Part shown: one piece after another, positions 37,623-48,084 of the stretch
Layout: each line of letters starts with the position of its first letter
How positions within the stretch are numbered: the first letter of the stretch is position 1
DNA from: Aminithiophilus ramosus
GTDB taxonomy: Bacteria > Synergistota > Synergistia > Synergistales > Aminithiophilaceae
Reading direction: 5' to 3'
DNA: 64,000 bases
Assembly: GCF_018069705.1 (NCBI RefSeq)
Contig: NZ_CP072943.1
Span: forward strand, 2,943,945-3,007,944
Notes under the pieces: generated by a model
The model's input: the letters and a program-made list of their open reading frames with translations, nothing else
What the model was told of the DNA's origin: nothing
Databases searched by the model: none
Translations under genes and position numbers: made by a program

Positions 37623-39776
37623 GTGTCCTCCTTGCTTGGTCGTCTCAAAATCGGTCCGAAACTGACCCTCAGCTTCGGCGTCCTCCTTCTGCTCTTCTGC
37701 CTCGCCGGTTTCTTCGCCTGGAGAAACCTCGACGTCGTCAGAGCCGGGGCGGACGATCTCGCCCTGGCCCGCATCCCTCAGGTCTCCTCGGCCACGGGCG
37801 TGGAGCGCAACGCCTTCCTCAGCATGTATTCCATCCGGGGCTACGCCCTCTCCGAGAGGGAGGATTTCCGCCGCAAGGGGGAGGAGTATCTGGAGTGGAC
37901 CCAGGCGGCCATCTCCCAGCTCGGCGTCCTCACGGACCGTTTCGCCCAGCTGGCCGACTCCAGGGAGGCCGTGACCGAGGCCCAGCGACAGCTCGATCTC
38001 TACCGGAGCGAGTTCGAGGGCACGACGCGATCCGTCGCCGCGATGGCTGCCGCCAGGGAGGCCATCGTCGCGGCCGGAAGCCGTTTCGACGAGGAGGGCC
38101 AGGCGCTGCTCCAGAACCAGAGGGACGTCCTCGAAGAGGGCTTCACCTCCGGGGCGAGCCAGTTCTTCCTCGAGCTTTCGGCCCGACGGATCTACGAAAC
38201 GGAGGCGGCCGTCATGGCGGGAACGGGGCTCCGCCTGCGCACCTTTCAGGCCCTGGCCCAGGACCGCCCCGAGATGCTCGAGGGCATCGAGACCGATTTC
38301 GACGCCCTGGCCGCCTCGCTCCGCGATCTGGAGCGGAAGGTCACCCACGGAGAGAGCCTCCTTCAGGTTCAGGCCCTCGACAAGGCTCTCGAGGACTTCA
38401 GGGCCAACCTCCTCCAGCTGCGCCAGACCTGGAAGGATCTGAGAACCGCCGGCCTCCAGCGGGAGGCGGCCGGCGAGGCCCTTCTGACGGCCGCCCGCAC
38501 CGTCTCCCAGAGCGGCCTGAAAAGCACGCAGGCCATCGCCGCCGAAGCCCAGAGCCGAGCCGTCTCGACGGCCCGTACGCTGGGAATCACCATCGCCATC
38601 GCCCTGCTGGCCGGCGTCGTCGTCGCCTTCCTGATGACGCGGGCCCTGACGCAGCCCCTCAAGCGGGCCCTTTCCCTGGCGGAACGGGTCCAGAGGGGGG
38701 ACCTCACCGTCACGCGGGAGGATTTCTGCACGGAGAACTGCGACGAGATCGGCCTCCTCGCCGACGCCCTGGCCCGCATGGTCGCCACGCAGCGCGACGT
38801 CATCGAATCGGTCATCGCCGAGGCCGGGAGCGTCGCCGAGAAGGCCTCCTCCCTGGCGGCCTATTCGCAGGAGACCAACGCCTCCATGGAGGAGGTCAAG
38901 GCCTCCGTCGACCAGACGGCCCAGCTCTCCGAGACCAACTCGGCGGCCCTGGAAGAGGCCAACGCCGGCGTCGAGGAGGTGGCCTCCGCGGCCCAGGCCT
39001 CGGCCGAAGCGGCCTCGGGCGGAGCCGAGGCCGCAGAGAGGACGCGCCGCCACGCCGAGAAGACGACGGAGGAGATCGGAGAGGTCATCGGCGCCCTGAC
39101 GACCGTCAGCGGCAAGAGCAAGGAGACGCTGGAGGGGGCCAAACAGCTTCAGCAGTCCGTCGGCGAGATCGGCAACTTCGTCGCCACCATCGTCGGCATC
39201 GCCGACCAGACGAACCTCCTGGCCCTCAACGCCGCCATCGAGGCGGCCCGGGCCGGAGAGGCGGGACGGGGTTTCGCCGTCGTCGCCGAAGAGGTCCGCA
39301 AGCTGGCCGAGGATTCGGCCCGAGCCGCCCAGGAAGTCAACACGCTCACCGACAGGCTCCGGAAAGAGGCCCACCACTCCCAGGAACTCTCCGACGAATC
39401 GGCCCGGATCACGGCCGCCACGGCGGAGCGGGCCGGGAAGGCCAGGGAGAACCTCGGCCACCTGCTCAAGGAGATCGTCACCGTCAGCGACGCCATGGGG
39501 CACATCGCCTCGACGGCGCAGGAGCAGTCGGCCTCGAGCCAGGAAATGGCCGCCGCCATCGACGGCGCCACCCGGTCGACCCTCGACGTCGTCCGCATGG
39601 TCGAGGCCATCAAGGCGGCCGCCGAGGAAACGGCCACGACGTCCGAGGGCGTCGCCACGGAAGCCCAATCCATGGCCGAGACGGCCTCCCGCCTCCAGAA
39701 GCTCGTCGAATCCTTCACCGTCGCCCGGGCCTCCGAGCCGGGCCTGGTCCCGGCGGCCCTGCCGGAGAAGATCTGA
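37623..39776 (+). CDS. Methyl-accepting chemotaxis protein
   Basis: N-terminal TM, sensor region with second TM, HAMP, and the highly conserved MCP signalling hairpin ([36 protein letters not shown]). Confidence 0.85.
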   Translation: MSSLLGRLKIGPKLTLSFGVLLLLFCLAGFFAWRNLDVVRAGADDLALARIPQVSSATGVERNAFLSMYSIRGYALSEREDFRRKGEEYLEWTQAAISQLGVLTDRFAQLADSREAVTEAQRQLDLYRSEFEGTTRSVAAMAAAREAIVAAGSRFDEEGQALLQNQRDVLEEGFTSGASQFFLELSARRIYETEAAVMAGTGLRLRTFQALAQDRPEMLEGIETDFDALAASLRDLERKVTHGESLLQVQALDKALEDFRANLLQLRQTWKDLRTAGLQREAAGEALLTAARTVSQSGLKSTQAIAAEAQSRAVSTARTLGITIAIALLAGVVVAFLMTRALTQPLKRALSLAERVQRGDLTVTREDFCTENCDEIGLLADALARMVATQRDVIESVIAEAGSVAEKASSLAAYSQETNASMEEVKASVDQTAQLSETNSAALEEANAGVEEVASAAQASAEAASGGAEAAERTRRHAEKTTEEIGEVIGALTTVSGKSKETLEGAKQLQQSVGEIGNFVATIVGIADQTNLLALNAAIEAARAGEAGRGFAVVAEEVRKLAEDSARAAQEVNTLTDRLRKEAHHSQELSDESARITAATAERAGKARENLGHLLKEIVTVSDAMGHIASTAQEQSASSQEMAAAIDGATRSTLDVVRMVEAIKAAAEETATTSEGVATEAQSMAETASRLQKLVESFTVARASEPGLVPAALPEKI

Positions 39777-39787
39777 GCGCACGACAC

Positions 39788-39840
39788 AGGACAAAAAAGG
39801 TTCCGGCCTCCGCGGAGGCCGGAACCTTTTTTGTCCTGTC
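39788..39840 (+). terminator. Rho-independent terminator after the MCP gene
   Basis: GGTTCCGGCCTCCG / CGGAGGCCGGAACC stem followed by TTTTTTG, inside a larger 53-bp palindrome. Confidence 0.75.
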
Positions 39841-39892
39841 GGGAGGCCGTGCGGCTTCCGGGCCTTTCCTCTCCAGAGCCTTTCCTCAGCGG

Positions 39893-40273
39893 AGAGGGAC
39901 CAGCCCCCCCTTTTCCCCGTCGACGACGAAGCGCTCCGTGAGACGGCGGAGGTCGTCGGCCGTCTCCATGACCGAAGCCGTCCTGTCGATGAGGGCGATG
40001 ACCTTCTCCGACCGGTCCACCTGCTGGGCCGTGGCGACGATGATGCGCCCTATGGCCGCCGAGGAGCCGGTTTTTCTCGAGCGCGGCCCCGGTGCTCCCG
40101 TTCAGAAGGGCCTGCTTGGCCACGAGGGCCTGGTAGAGATCGCGGTCGCCGTTGAGGACGAGGCTCTGAGCCACGAAAGCCTCCTGGTGAATCCTTTCCA
40201 TGAGATCTCTGTAGACGACGCCGGCCGAGCGGACGGAAAAGGCCGCCACGCCGACGATGCCCCGAAGCGGCAC
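39893..40273 (-). pseudogene. Remnant of an MCP gene (C-terminal end), disrupted and frameshifted
   Basis: One minus-strand frame gives ...IIVATAQQVDRSEKVIALIDRTASVMETADDLRRLTERFVVDGEKGG*, which resembles an MCP C-terminus. Another frame gives an MCP-like helical segment. No intact ORF. Confidence 0.4.
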
Positions 40274-40531
40274 ATCTCAAAAAGCGACCCCCTCACCGTT
40301 CTGCGACGGAGACGAGAACGTCTCCGTCGCTTTATCATTTTACATGACTCGCCTACCGACGAGAAGGTCGAAGGCGTTACTGATTGAGAGGGATTGAAGT
40401 TTAAAGACACGAACAAACCCGACGCCGGGAAAAGGCAGGGCTTCTATAGTGGACCCCGAAAACTGGACCACGAGCTAAGTTGCAGTTGAAGTCGGGCTGT
40501 ATCATAGGGTCCCAGAAAGAGAGGGGACATC

Positions 40532-40816
40532 ATGGCAGCCAAGCGACAGAGGCGTTCAGCGGAGTTCAAAAGCAAAGTAGCCTTCGCTGCCCTGAAAGGG
40601 GATAAGACCCTGGCTCAATTGTCGGGTGAGTTCGAGGTTTCCGCCGTCCAGATCGGTCAGTGGAAGAAGCAGCTTCTGCAAGGGGGTCCGGAGATCTTTC
40701 AACGCAAAGGCACTCCGATGGATGTCGAGACGTCGATGGCCCCCCTCTACCAGGAGATCGGTCGGCTCAAGATGGAGCTCGACTGGCTCAAAAAAAAATC
40801 AGGCGCTGACGCTTGA
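40532..40816 (+). CDS. IS3-family transposase OrfA (HTH)
   Basis: MAAKRQRRSAEFKSKVAFAALKGDKTLAQLSGEFEVSAVQIGQWKKQ is the typical IS3 OrfA. Confidence 0.8.
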   Translation: MAAKRQRRSAEFKSKVAFAALKGDKTLAQLSGEFEVSAVQIGQWKKQLLQGGPEIFQRKGTPMDVETSMAPLYQEIGRLKMELDWLKKKSGADA

Positions 40817-41663
40817 GGGAAAGCGGACCTCCATCGATCCCGAGCACCCTTCGATCAGTGTTCGTCGGCAATGTGACCTCCTTGATCTTAACCGGTCCAG
40901 CTTCTACTACGCGAGCTCTTCCGCGACGGAGACGGCGGAGAACCTTGAAATCATGGAGCTCATCGACGGCCGGTACACCTGCGCCCCCTCTTACGGGAGC
41001 CGCCGGATGACGGCCTGGCTGCGTCGACAGGGACAGGACGTGAACCGCAAACGGATCGGACGGCTGATGAGGCTTATGGGGCTCGAAGGGATTGGCCCCA
41101 AACCGGGAACCAGCAAGCCTCACCCCGAACATGAGATTTATCCCTACCTGCTCCGGAACGCCGTCATCGTCAGACCGAATCAGGTCTGGAGCACCGATGT
41201 CACCTACCTCCCGATGAGTGGCGGTTTCATGTACCTCGCGGCCGTCATCGATTGGCACAGCCGCTTCGTTCTCTCCTGGGAACTTTCCAACACCCTGGAC
41301 GCAGAGTTCTGCGTCGTCGCCCTCGACAGGGCCCTTCGGCAGGGAACGCCGGAGATCTTCAACACCGACCAGGGCTGTCAGTTCACCAGTAAGGCCTTTC
41401 TGTCTCTGCTCAAGGAAAAGGAGATCCGGATCAGCATGGACGGTCGTGGCAGGGCCCTCGACAACATCTTCGTGGAACGCTTCTGGCGGACCCTCAAGTA
41501 TGAGTGGCTCTACTTGAACGACTACGAGCGGGTCCGCGATCTCCGCTGCGGCCTGCGGGAGTATATGGACTTCTACAACGACGAAAGGCTTCACTCCTCA
41601 CTGAACTACAGGACACCGCGGGAGGTTCACTTTGCCGACCGGGAGGGACCGATGGCGGTCTGA
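40626..41663 (+). CDS. IS3-family transposase OrfB (DDE/rve). Functional part begins at the frameshift site near 40795
   Basis: rve domain: VWSTDVTYL...YLAAVIDWHSRFVLSWEL...FNTDQGCQFTS...ERFWRTLKYEWLY. Confidence 0.8.
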   Translation: MSSRFPPSRSVSGRSSFCKGVRRSFNAKALRWMSRRRWPPSTRRSVGSRWSSTGSKKNQALTLEGKRTSIDPEHPSISVRRQCDLLDLNRSSFYYASSSATETAENLEIMELIDGRYTCAPSYGSRRMTAWLRRQGQDVNRKRIGRLMRLMGLEGIGPKPGTSKPHPEHEIYPYLLRNAVIVRPNQVWSTDVTYLPMSGGFMYLAAVIDWHSRFVLSWELSNTLDAEFCVVALDRALRQGTPEIFNTDQGCQFTSKAFLSLLKEKEIRISMDGRGRALDNIFVERFWRTLKYEWLYLNDYERVRDLRCGLREYMDFYNDERLHSSLNYRTPREVHFADREGPMAV

Positions 41664-42047
41664 CTTTAACTAACTTCGGGCCTCAAATGGTCTTGACAAT
41701 GGGGTCCACCATATTCAGGGCGCGCCTCGCGCCTCCCGGAGAACCGCACGGCTAATTTCGCACAGCAGTTGTCTTCCCAAGAAAGGACAAGGACAATTCG
41801 GCCTCATCGATCCTTTCGCCGTGCGGCATTCGCCTCGCCGGCAGCCCGAATCGACGAAAAAAGAGCGAAAATTCCCATCGCCCCGGCAAAGACGCGGCCG
41901 GGGGAGCGGAAACGTTCCCTCGGACCGACACCGGCGAGGTGGTTTGAGCGAAGCTCAAGCGGCTCCGACGACGTTTATCCTGACCGAGCCTGCTCTTCGG
42001 ATTCAGGGCACGAAAAAGGCCGTTCCCCGGGAGTCCCTTTCCCGAGA

Positions 42048-42090
42048 TGCGGAGGGGAGGGTCTCGGCAGAACCTGCCGAGACCCTCCCC
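42048..42090 (-). terminator. Terminator hairpin downstream of the PocR-MCP gene
   Basis: Perfect 20-bp inverted repeat GGAGGGGAGGGTCTCGGCAG aac CTGCCGAGACCCTCCCCTCC. Confidence 0.55.
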
Positions 42091-42217
42091 TCCGGGACCG
42101 CCAAAATCGCCCCGTCGATCCTATGGCCGACTCTCTGGCGGACCAGAGTTTTTTTACCCCTCCGGATCTGCCGGTGCGGGCCTTTCTCCGGCCCGGCCCG
42201 AAAGACCCTCTGGATTT

Positions 42218-43261
42218 TTAATGGAGACGCATCTCTCCCGTGAGGTTCTTGAGCTCTTCGGAAAGGCGGAAGATGGCGTCGAGGTCGCCGAAGGAGGTTC
42301 CCAGGCGGAGCGAATGTTCCTCGACGAGGGCGCCCGTTCCCCTGATCCCCTCCTCGATGCCGTCGACGCCCTCGTTGACGCTTTTGAGGATCGTCTCGAT
42401 CTTGGCCGCCGAATCGACGCTCACATCGGCCAGCTTGCGGACCTCGTCGGCGACGACGGCGAACCCCCGGCCGTGGACGCCGGCACGGGCGGCCTCGATG
42501 GCGGCGTTGAGGCCCAGGAGCTTGGTCTGATTGGCCACGTTGCGGATGAAGGAGAGGATCTCGTCGGTCTCGTTGACCATCTTCCTCGCCTCGCCGCTTC
42601 TGAGAAGAAGCCTCTCGGAGGTGGCCGTCATCGACTCGATGCCCGTCTTGAGCTCGGCGATGCCCTCCTGGATCGTGGCGATGCGCTCGAAGAGGCGCGT
42701 GGCCAGTTCCTCGAACTGGAGGGCCTTGCGCTGGGACTGGAGACGGCGGTAGCCGATCTCGGACAGGGTGTTGGTGACGAGAAAGAGGAGTTCGGCGGCG
42801 TTGCGGATCGACTCCTCGGGGCGGATCTCGATCTTGGCCAGGGCCTGGATGTAGCGGTCGGGATCGACGCCGATGTCGGAGGCGATGCGGCGGAACTTGG
42901 CCTCGTCGGGCTTGGCGGGAAGGATCTGGCCCGCCAGGACCGACCCGAGCTGGCGGCCGTCGACGACGATGGGCGCCCCCATGTCCATGAGACCGGCGTG
43001 GCAGAAGTAGACCGAGGGCTTGCCCGTCCGGGCCGCCTCCTCGCCGCCTTTGCGGTCGCACTCCTCGCAGAGGCGGCGCCCCTTCTCGGTCTGACGCGTC
43101 AGGTTGATGCAGAAGTCGGTGAAGCGGCTCGGCTCCGTGACGGGCTTGCCCTCCTTGTCGACGGTCACGGCGGCCATTCCCATGGCCTTGGCGAAGGCGT
43201 CCTGAAACTTCTGCATGAACTTCACGTCGAGGATATCCTGCAACGCCAGCTCTTTTTCCAT
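42218..43261 (-). CDS. Cytoplasmic chemoreceptor: PocR sensory domain fused to MCP signalling domain
   Basis: Start at MEKELALQ (43261). PocR-like region with [35 protein letters not shown]-terminal MCP hairpin [33 protein letters not shown]. The upstream part of the track ORF is Arg/Pro-rich junk. Confidence 0.7.
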   Translation of the reverse strand: MEKELALQDILDVKFMQKFQDAFAKAMGMAAVTVDKEGKPVTEPSRFTDFCINLTRQTEKGRRLCEECDRKGGEEAARTGKPSVYFCHAGLMDMGAPIVVDGRQLGSVLAGQILPAKPDEAKFRRIASDIGVDPDRYIQALAKIEIRPEESIRNAAELLFLVTNTLSEIGYRRLQSQRKALQFEELATRLFERIATIQEGIAELKTGIESMTATSERLLLRSGEARKMVNETDEILSFIRNVANQTKLLGLNAAIEAARAGVHGRGFAVVADEVRKLADVSVDSAAKIETILKSVNEGVDGIEEGIRGTGALVEEHSLRLGTSFGDLDAIFRLSEELKNLTGEMRLH

Positions 43262-43389
43262 CGGCACATTCCCCCCGTCTTCAATCTCCTTTTTTAATAT
43301 TAAGACTATGTCACGGAGAAATGAAAGCAAGGGGTTTTTGTTTTTTTGTCCTTTTCCCTCTTTTTTGATCCCAACGATCGTTCCGACCG

Positions 43390-45570
43390 CTAGGATCGGG
43401 GCGATGCCTTCTCTCCCCCCCTTTCGCCCAATCCCTTCATGGAAAGGGAAATGCGCTTCCGGGCCCTGTCGACGTCGACGACGGAGACGGTGACGCGCTG
43501 GCCCGGCCTGACGACGGAGGCCGGGTCGGCGACGAAGTGATCGGCCAGGCGGCTGACGTGGACGAGGCCGTCCTGATGGACGCCGACGTCGACGAAGGCG
43601 CCGAAGGCCGTCACGTTGGTGACGACGCCGGAGAGGATCATGCCCGAGCGGAGGTCGTCGATCTCCTTCACGTCGGGATCGAAGGCGCAGCTCTCGAAGG
43701 CCTCGCGGGGATCGCGGCCGGGCTTTTCCAGCTCGGCCAGGATGTCCTTCAGCGTCGGCAGCCCCACGTCGTCGCTGACGTAACGGGTCACGTCGATGGC
43801 CCGTCGTCGTTCGGGATCTTTCAGAAGGTCCTCGACGGAACAGCCCAGGTCCCGGGCCATCTTCCGGACGAGGGGGTAGCGTTCGGGGTGAACGGCGCTG
43901 CCGTCGAGGGGGTCGTCGCCGCCCCGGACGCGCAGGAAACCGGCACACTGCTCGAAGGCCTTGGGTCCCAGACGGGGAACGGCACGCAGCTCCGATCGGC
44001 TCCGGAAGGGCCCCTGAGCCTCGCGATGGGCGACGATCTTGGCGGCAAGGGACTCGCCCAGCCCCGAGACGTGAGTCAGAAGCTGGCGGCTGGCCGTGTT
44101 GACTTCGACGCCGACGGCGTTGACGCAGGAGAGGACGACGTCGTCCAGGGAGGACTTGAGGAGTTTCTGATCGACGTCGTGCTGGTACTGGCCGACGCCG
44201 ATCGATTTGGGATCGATCTTGACGAGCTCGGCCAGGGGGTCCTGAAGACGGCGGCCGATGGAGACGGCCCCTCGGACGGTGAGGTCCTGGTCGGGAAATT
44301 CCTCGCGGGCCACGTCGGAGGCCGAGTAGATGGAGGCGCCGCTTTCGTTGACGAGGACGACGGGAATCGACGCCCCCAGGTCGAGGTCCTTCAGGAAGGC
44401 CTCGGCCTCGCGCCCTCCCGTGCCGTTGCCGACGGCGACGGCCTCGATGGAGAAGCGCTCGACGAGGGCCCGGACCTTCCGCTCCGCCTCGGATCGGTCC
44501 TTCCTCCCCACGGCGTAGACGACGTCCGTGGCGAGCAGCCTTCCCTGGCCGTCGAGGGCGACGACCTTGCAGCCCGTGCGGATGCCGGGGTCGACGGCCA
44601 GAAGGCGCTTCTGTCCCAGAGGGGAGGCCATGAGAACCTCGCGGACGTTGCGGGCGAAGACGGCCACGGCCTCGACGTCGGCCTTCTTTTTCAGCGCTCC
44701 CCTCAGCTCCGTCTCCATCGAGGGGGCAGCCAGGCGGCCATAGCCGTCGACGACGGCCCGGCGGACCTCCTCGGCGGCCGCTCCAGAGGCCGTGACGAAA
44801 AGGCGCTCCAGGACCTTGACGCCCTCGTCGGCCTCGGGCTGGAAGGAGAGGGAGAGGAACCCCTCCTTCTCGCCCCGGAAGAGGGCCAGCAGACGATGGG
44901 AGGGGGCCTGGCGGGCCTTCTCGCTCCAGTCGAAGTAGTCGCGGTACTTGGCCCCCTCCTCCTCCTTCCCCTTGGCCACGGAGGAGCGGACCTCGGCCCG
45001 GCGCACGAAGAGAAGGCGCAGGGCATGACGGGCCCGGCCGTCTTCGCTGACGGTCTCGGCGATGATGTCCCGTGCCCCGGCCAGGGCCTCGTCGACGTCG
45101 GCGACGCCCTTCTCGCCGTCGACGAAGGCCCGGGCCGCCTCGAAGGGATCGGCGAGGATCTCTCTGCCCTGAGCGGCGGCCAAGAGCCTTTCGGCCAGGG
45201 GGGCGAGCCCCTTCTCGCGGGCCATCGTGGCCCGCGTCCGTCTCTTGGGGCGGTAGGGGAGGTAGAGGTCCTCCAGCTGGGTCATGGTCCGGGCCGCCTC
45301 CAGGGCCGTCCGGAGTTCGTCGGAGAGGAGATCCCTCTCGGCCAGGGAGGCGACGATGGCCTCTCGGCGCCGGTCCAGCTCGGCGAGCTGGACGAGGCGG
45401 TCGCGGATGGAGACGAGGGCCACCTCGTCGAGGGATTCCGTCGCCTCCTTGCGATAGCGGGCGATGAAGGGGACCGTGCTTCCCTCTTCGAGAAGGCGGG
45501 CGGCGGCGCTAACCTGAGAGGGGCCCAGGGAGAGTTCGGCGGCGATCTCTTCGACGTGACGAGCGTTCAT
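43390..45570 (-). CDS. tex: Transcription accessory protein Tex (S1 and YqgF domains)
   Basis: Start at [15 protein letters not shown]. Tex-typical HTH, YqgF, HhH and C-terminal S1 domain ([31 protein letters not shown]). Confidence 0.85.
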   Translation of the reverse strand: MNARHVEEIAAELSLGPSQVSAAARLLEEGSTVPFIARYRKEATESLDEVALVSIRDRLVQLAELDRRREAIVASLAERDLLSDELRTALEAARTMTQLEDLYLPYRPKRRTRATMAREKGLAPLAERLLAAAQGREILADPFEAARAFVDGEKGVADVDEALAGARDIIAETVSEDGRARHALRLLFVRRAEVRSSVAKGKEEEGAKYRDYFDWSEKARQAPSHRLLALFRGEKEGFLSLSFQPEADEGVKVLERLFVTASGAAAEEVRRAVVDGYGRLAAPSMETELRGALKKKADVEAVAVFARNVREVLMASPLGQKRLLAVDPGIRTGCKVVALDGQGRLLATDVVYAVGRKDRSEAERKVRALVERFSIEAVAVGNGTGGREAEAFLKDLDLGASIPVVLVNESGASIYSASDVAREEFPDQDLTVRGAVSIGRRLQDPLAELVKIDPKSIGVGQYQHDVDQKLLKSSLDDVVLSCVNAVGVEVNTASRQLLTHVSGLGESLAAKIVAHREAQGPFRSRSELRAVPRLGPKAFEQCAGFLRVRGGDDPLDGSAVHPERYPLVRKMARDLGCSVEDLLKDPERRRAIDVTRYVSDDVGLPTLKDILAELEKPGRDPREAFESCAFDPDVKEIDDLRSGMILSGVVTNVTAFGAFVDVGVHQDGLVHVSRLADHFVADPASVVRPGQRVTVSVVDVDRARKRISLSMKGLGERGGEKASPRS

Positions 45571-45732
45571 GCGAAAACCTGCCTTTCCTGTCTTGGGGCC
45601 CGAGGCCCCCCGCGACGGGCGAGGCACGAGGCCCGGCCCGAACGTTCCGCAGCAAGAAGCGACAGGCCCCGAAGGACCTGTCCTTTTCGTCCGGCCCGAT
45701 TGATCGGGTAAAAGAGAGCCCTTACGGCGGAC

Positions 45733-47874
45733 TCAATCGGTGAGGAAGCGAAGGACGATGTCGACGGCCTGGCCCCGCGTGACGCTCGAAAAGGGATCGA
45801 CGGCGGCCTCGAAGCCCAGAGAGAAGAGGAGGCGCCTCTGCCTGAAATCCTCGACGATCTCGGCCAGGCCACGACGGCGTCCCGTCGAGGCGTCGAGGGC
45901 CCGGAGGAGGACGGACAGGCGGAGCCTGGGGCCCTCGTTGAGGAAGGGCCCCAGGGGATCGTCGAGGTCCAGGGCCCGCCGGAGCAGGAGCTCGCCTTCG
46001 GCGACGGTCAGGGGACGGTCGACGCCGAAAAGGCCCTTCGTCGATCCCTGGCGCGAGGCGGCAAGGACGGCATCGAGGTCGTCGATGCGCGGCGCCGGCG
46101 ACGTGGGCAGGGCGAGGGGGTCGATCCAGCCCCGGACGGTGGCGACCTGGACGGAGGGCCAGAGAGGATGGGTTTCGGCCACGTCGGAGAAGAGGCAGAG
46201 GGCGATGCGGCTTCCCCCTTCGGCGACGGCCCGCTGGACCTTGAGGGGATCGACGCGACGGGGGGGCAGCCCTTCCGCGACGGCCAGGGCCGCCAGGGCG
46301 CCTGCGGCCTGGCCCGTGGCCATCGAGATGGGCTGAAGGCGAAGGGCTCCCGCGGCGAGGCGCGTCATGGAGAGATTTTTCTCGGCGGCGACGAGGCCGT
46401 CGATCCTCTCGGGGATGAAGATCCCGATGGGAACCTGGAAGGGACCGCGGGGCTTGTGATCGACGATGGATTCATGGCTCTCTCCGAAGGCGGCCTCGAG
46501 GGCCTCCGTCTCGTCCGAGCCGTGGAGGTCCAGGATGTAGCGGCCCGTGGCGACGGAAGTCGCCTCTTCCCGTCCGGGAGAGCCCTCGAGGTAGCTGTCG
46601 CCGTTTGCGCGCAGGGCCGCCGACGTGAGGGTCTCGACGCCGACGAGACGCCGGCTCTCCCGGACGTAGGGAACGGGCGGGAAACGGCGGGCCAGGGACG
46701 CGTAGCGCGCCGGAACCCCCTCTTTCACGGCCTCCCAGGTGGCCCCGTCGTCGAACTCGTCATCGGCCACGGACCAGGGCAGACCCAGTTCGACCTGAAC
46801 GTAGTGGAGGAAGCCCAAGGTCTTGATCATGGCCAGCTCGTGGGCCCGGCGTCGGAAGGAGAGGTCCTCCAGATAGGTCACGGGAAGGCCGCTCCGTCCC
46901 TCGTACCCGCCCTCGCCCGGGTAGTCGTTTCCCCAGTTGACGCCGCTTTTCGTCAGCAGCTGGAGGCTCAGAGGCGACGAGCAGTCGGCGTCGCCCGCGA
47001 CGGACGAGTCGGGCAGGCCTCTGTAGCCGTTGTGGGTGGCCATGTTGACGGGAAGCCTGACGGGATAGCCCGAGAAGGGAAACCCGTCGAGGGCCAAGTG
47101 GTTCCTGTAGGTGGAGACCCAGTCGTCGTAGCCGGGAGGGGCCTCGTCGACGCGCAGCTCGGCCGGAACGCCGCCGGGATATTTCTTGAGGACGACGACC
47201 CAGGTGATGTCCTGGATGCGGGCGTCGTCGTCGAAGCCCTCCTGCCGGAGGCCTCCGTCGGCGACGACGTTCCGCCCCGTCCGGCAGGCCGCGCCGGCCA
47301 GGGCAAGCAGGTCGCCCCACTCGGTGGCGTCGACGACGACGGAGGCCTCGAAACGCGCCTCCCTGCCGTCGACGAGGGCGACGACGCCCTTAAGGACATC
47401 TCCGTCGCGGAGGACCTTCACGACGGAGGCCCTCAGGAAGAGGTCGACAGAGCCGCCGAAGCGGCAGGTCTCGTCGATCATCTCTCTCAGGATGGCCTCT
47501 CCGACGGCGGGCTCGAAGGCGAAGGTGAAGGTCTCCCAGTAGCAGGTCCCCACCGATTTGCCCCTCTCGCCGTAGAGGGCCCGGACGCGGTCGTAGAACT
47601 CGCCGTAGAGGCCGCTGCGGTTGCCGTACATGTCGTCCATGGTGGAGACGGCCGAAGCCGTCATCTGGCCGCCGACGACGGCCGACTCCTCCAGAAGGGC
47701 CACGGCGGCCCCCATGCGGGCCGCCTCGATGGCCGCCGCCGTCCCCCCCGGTCCGGCGCCGACGACGACGACGTCGTAGGAGGCCGCCCGGGCCGACGGG
47801 CCGACGCAGCCCATCCAGATCAGAACGAGCAGCAATGCCCTGCCGATCCTCACCGATTCATCTCCCTTCCTCAT
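45733..47874 (-). CDS. Secreted FAD-dependent oxidoreductase (PF12831-like)
   Basis: Signal peptide and Rossmann dinucleotide motif YDVVVVGAGPGGTAAAIEAARMGAAVALLE. Confidence 0.65.
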   Translation of the reverse strand: MRKGDESVRIGRALLLVLIWMGCVGPSARAASYDVVVVGAGPGGTAAAIEAARMGAAVALLEESAVVGGQMTASAVSTMDDMYGNRSGLYGEFYDRVRALYGERGKSVGTCYWETFTFAFEPAVGEAILREMIDETCRFGGSVDLFLRASVVKVLRDGDVLKGVVALVDGREARFEASVVVDATEWGDLLALAGAACRTGRNVVADGGLRQEGFDDDARIQDITWVVVLKKYPGGVPAELRVDEAPPGYDDWVSTYRNHLALDGFPFSGYPVRLPVNMATHNGYRGLPDSSVAGDADCSSPLSLQLLTKSGVNWGNDYPGEGGYEGRSGLPVTYLEDLSFRRRAHELAMIKTLGFLHYVQVELGLPWSVADDEFDDGATWEAVKEGVPARYASLARRFPPVPYVRESRRLVGVETLTSAALRANGDSYLEGSPGREEATSVATGRYILDLHGSDETEALEAAFGESHESIVDHKPRGPFQVPIGIFIPERIDGLVAAEKNLSMTRLAAGALRLQPISMATGQAAGALAALAVAEGLPPRRVDPLKVQRAVAEGGSRIALCLFSDVAETHPLWPSVQVATVRGWIDPLALPTSPAPRIDDLDAVLAASRQGSTKGLFGVDRPLTVAEGELLLRRALDLDDPLGPFLNEGPRLRLSVLLRALDASTGRRRGLAEIVEDFRQRRLLFSLGFEAAVDPFSSVTRGQAVDIVLRFLTD

Positions 47875-48084
47875 CGGGACGTCACCGGTCCCGCACGGAC
47901 GAGAGGAACCCCTTGATCTTTCTTCCCTCTCCCCTTATATTCTCCGACAGGATCGACGCTTAGGGAAGCCCTCGCCCCTCGTACCCGCCCTCGCAAAAAG
48001 AGACCCTTTCGCCGCCTGCAGGCCGGCCCGATCCGGCAGAGACCGTTTCCCCCGGGGGAAACGGCTCTTTCGTGAAGACAGGAG

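Larger units (their letters stand above)
40450..41708 (+). mobile_element. IS3-family insertion sequence (orfA-orfB with programmed -1 frameshift)
   Basis: OrfA HTH (40532-40816) and OrfB DDE integrase core in the -1 frame. A9 slippery run at 40790-40798. Imperfect terminal inverted repeats beginning TGGACCCC at both ends. Confidence 0.75.

Noticed and set aside
37494-39794. 766-aa minus-strand ORF
   Set aside because: Antisense to the well-supported MCP gene. Composition typical of spurious high-GC ORFs.
37895-40387. 830-aa plus-strand ORF overlapping the MCP gene
   Set aside because: Out-of-frame read-through of GC-rich DNA (Arg, Gly, Pro-rich, low complexity). The in-frame MCP (37623-39776) has clear domain content.
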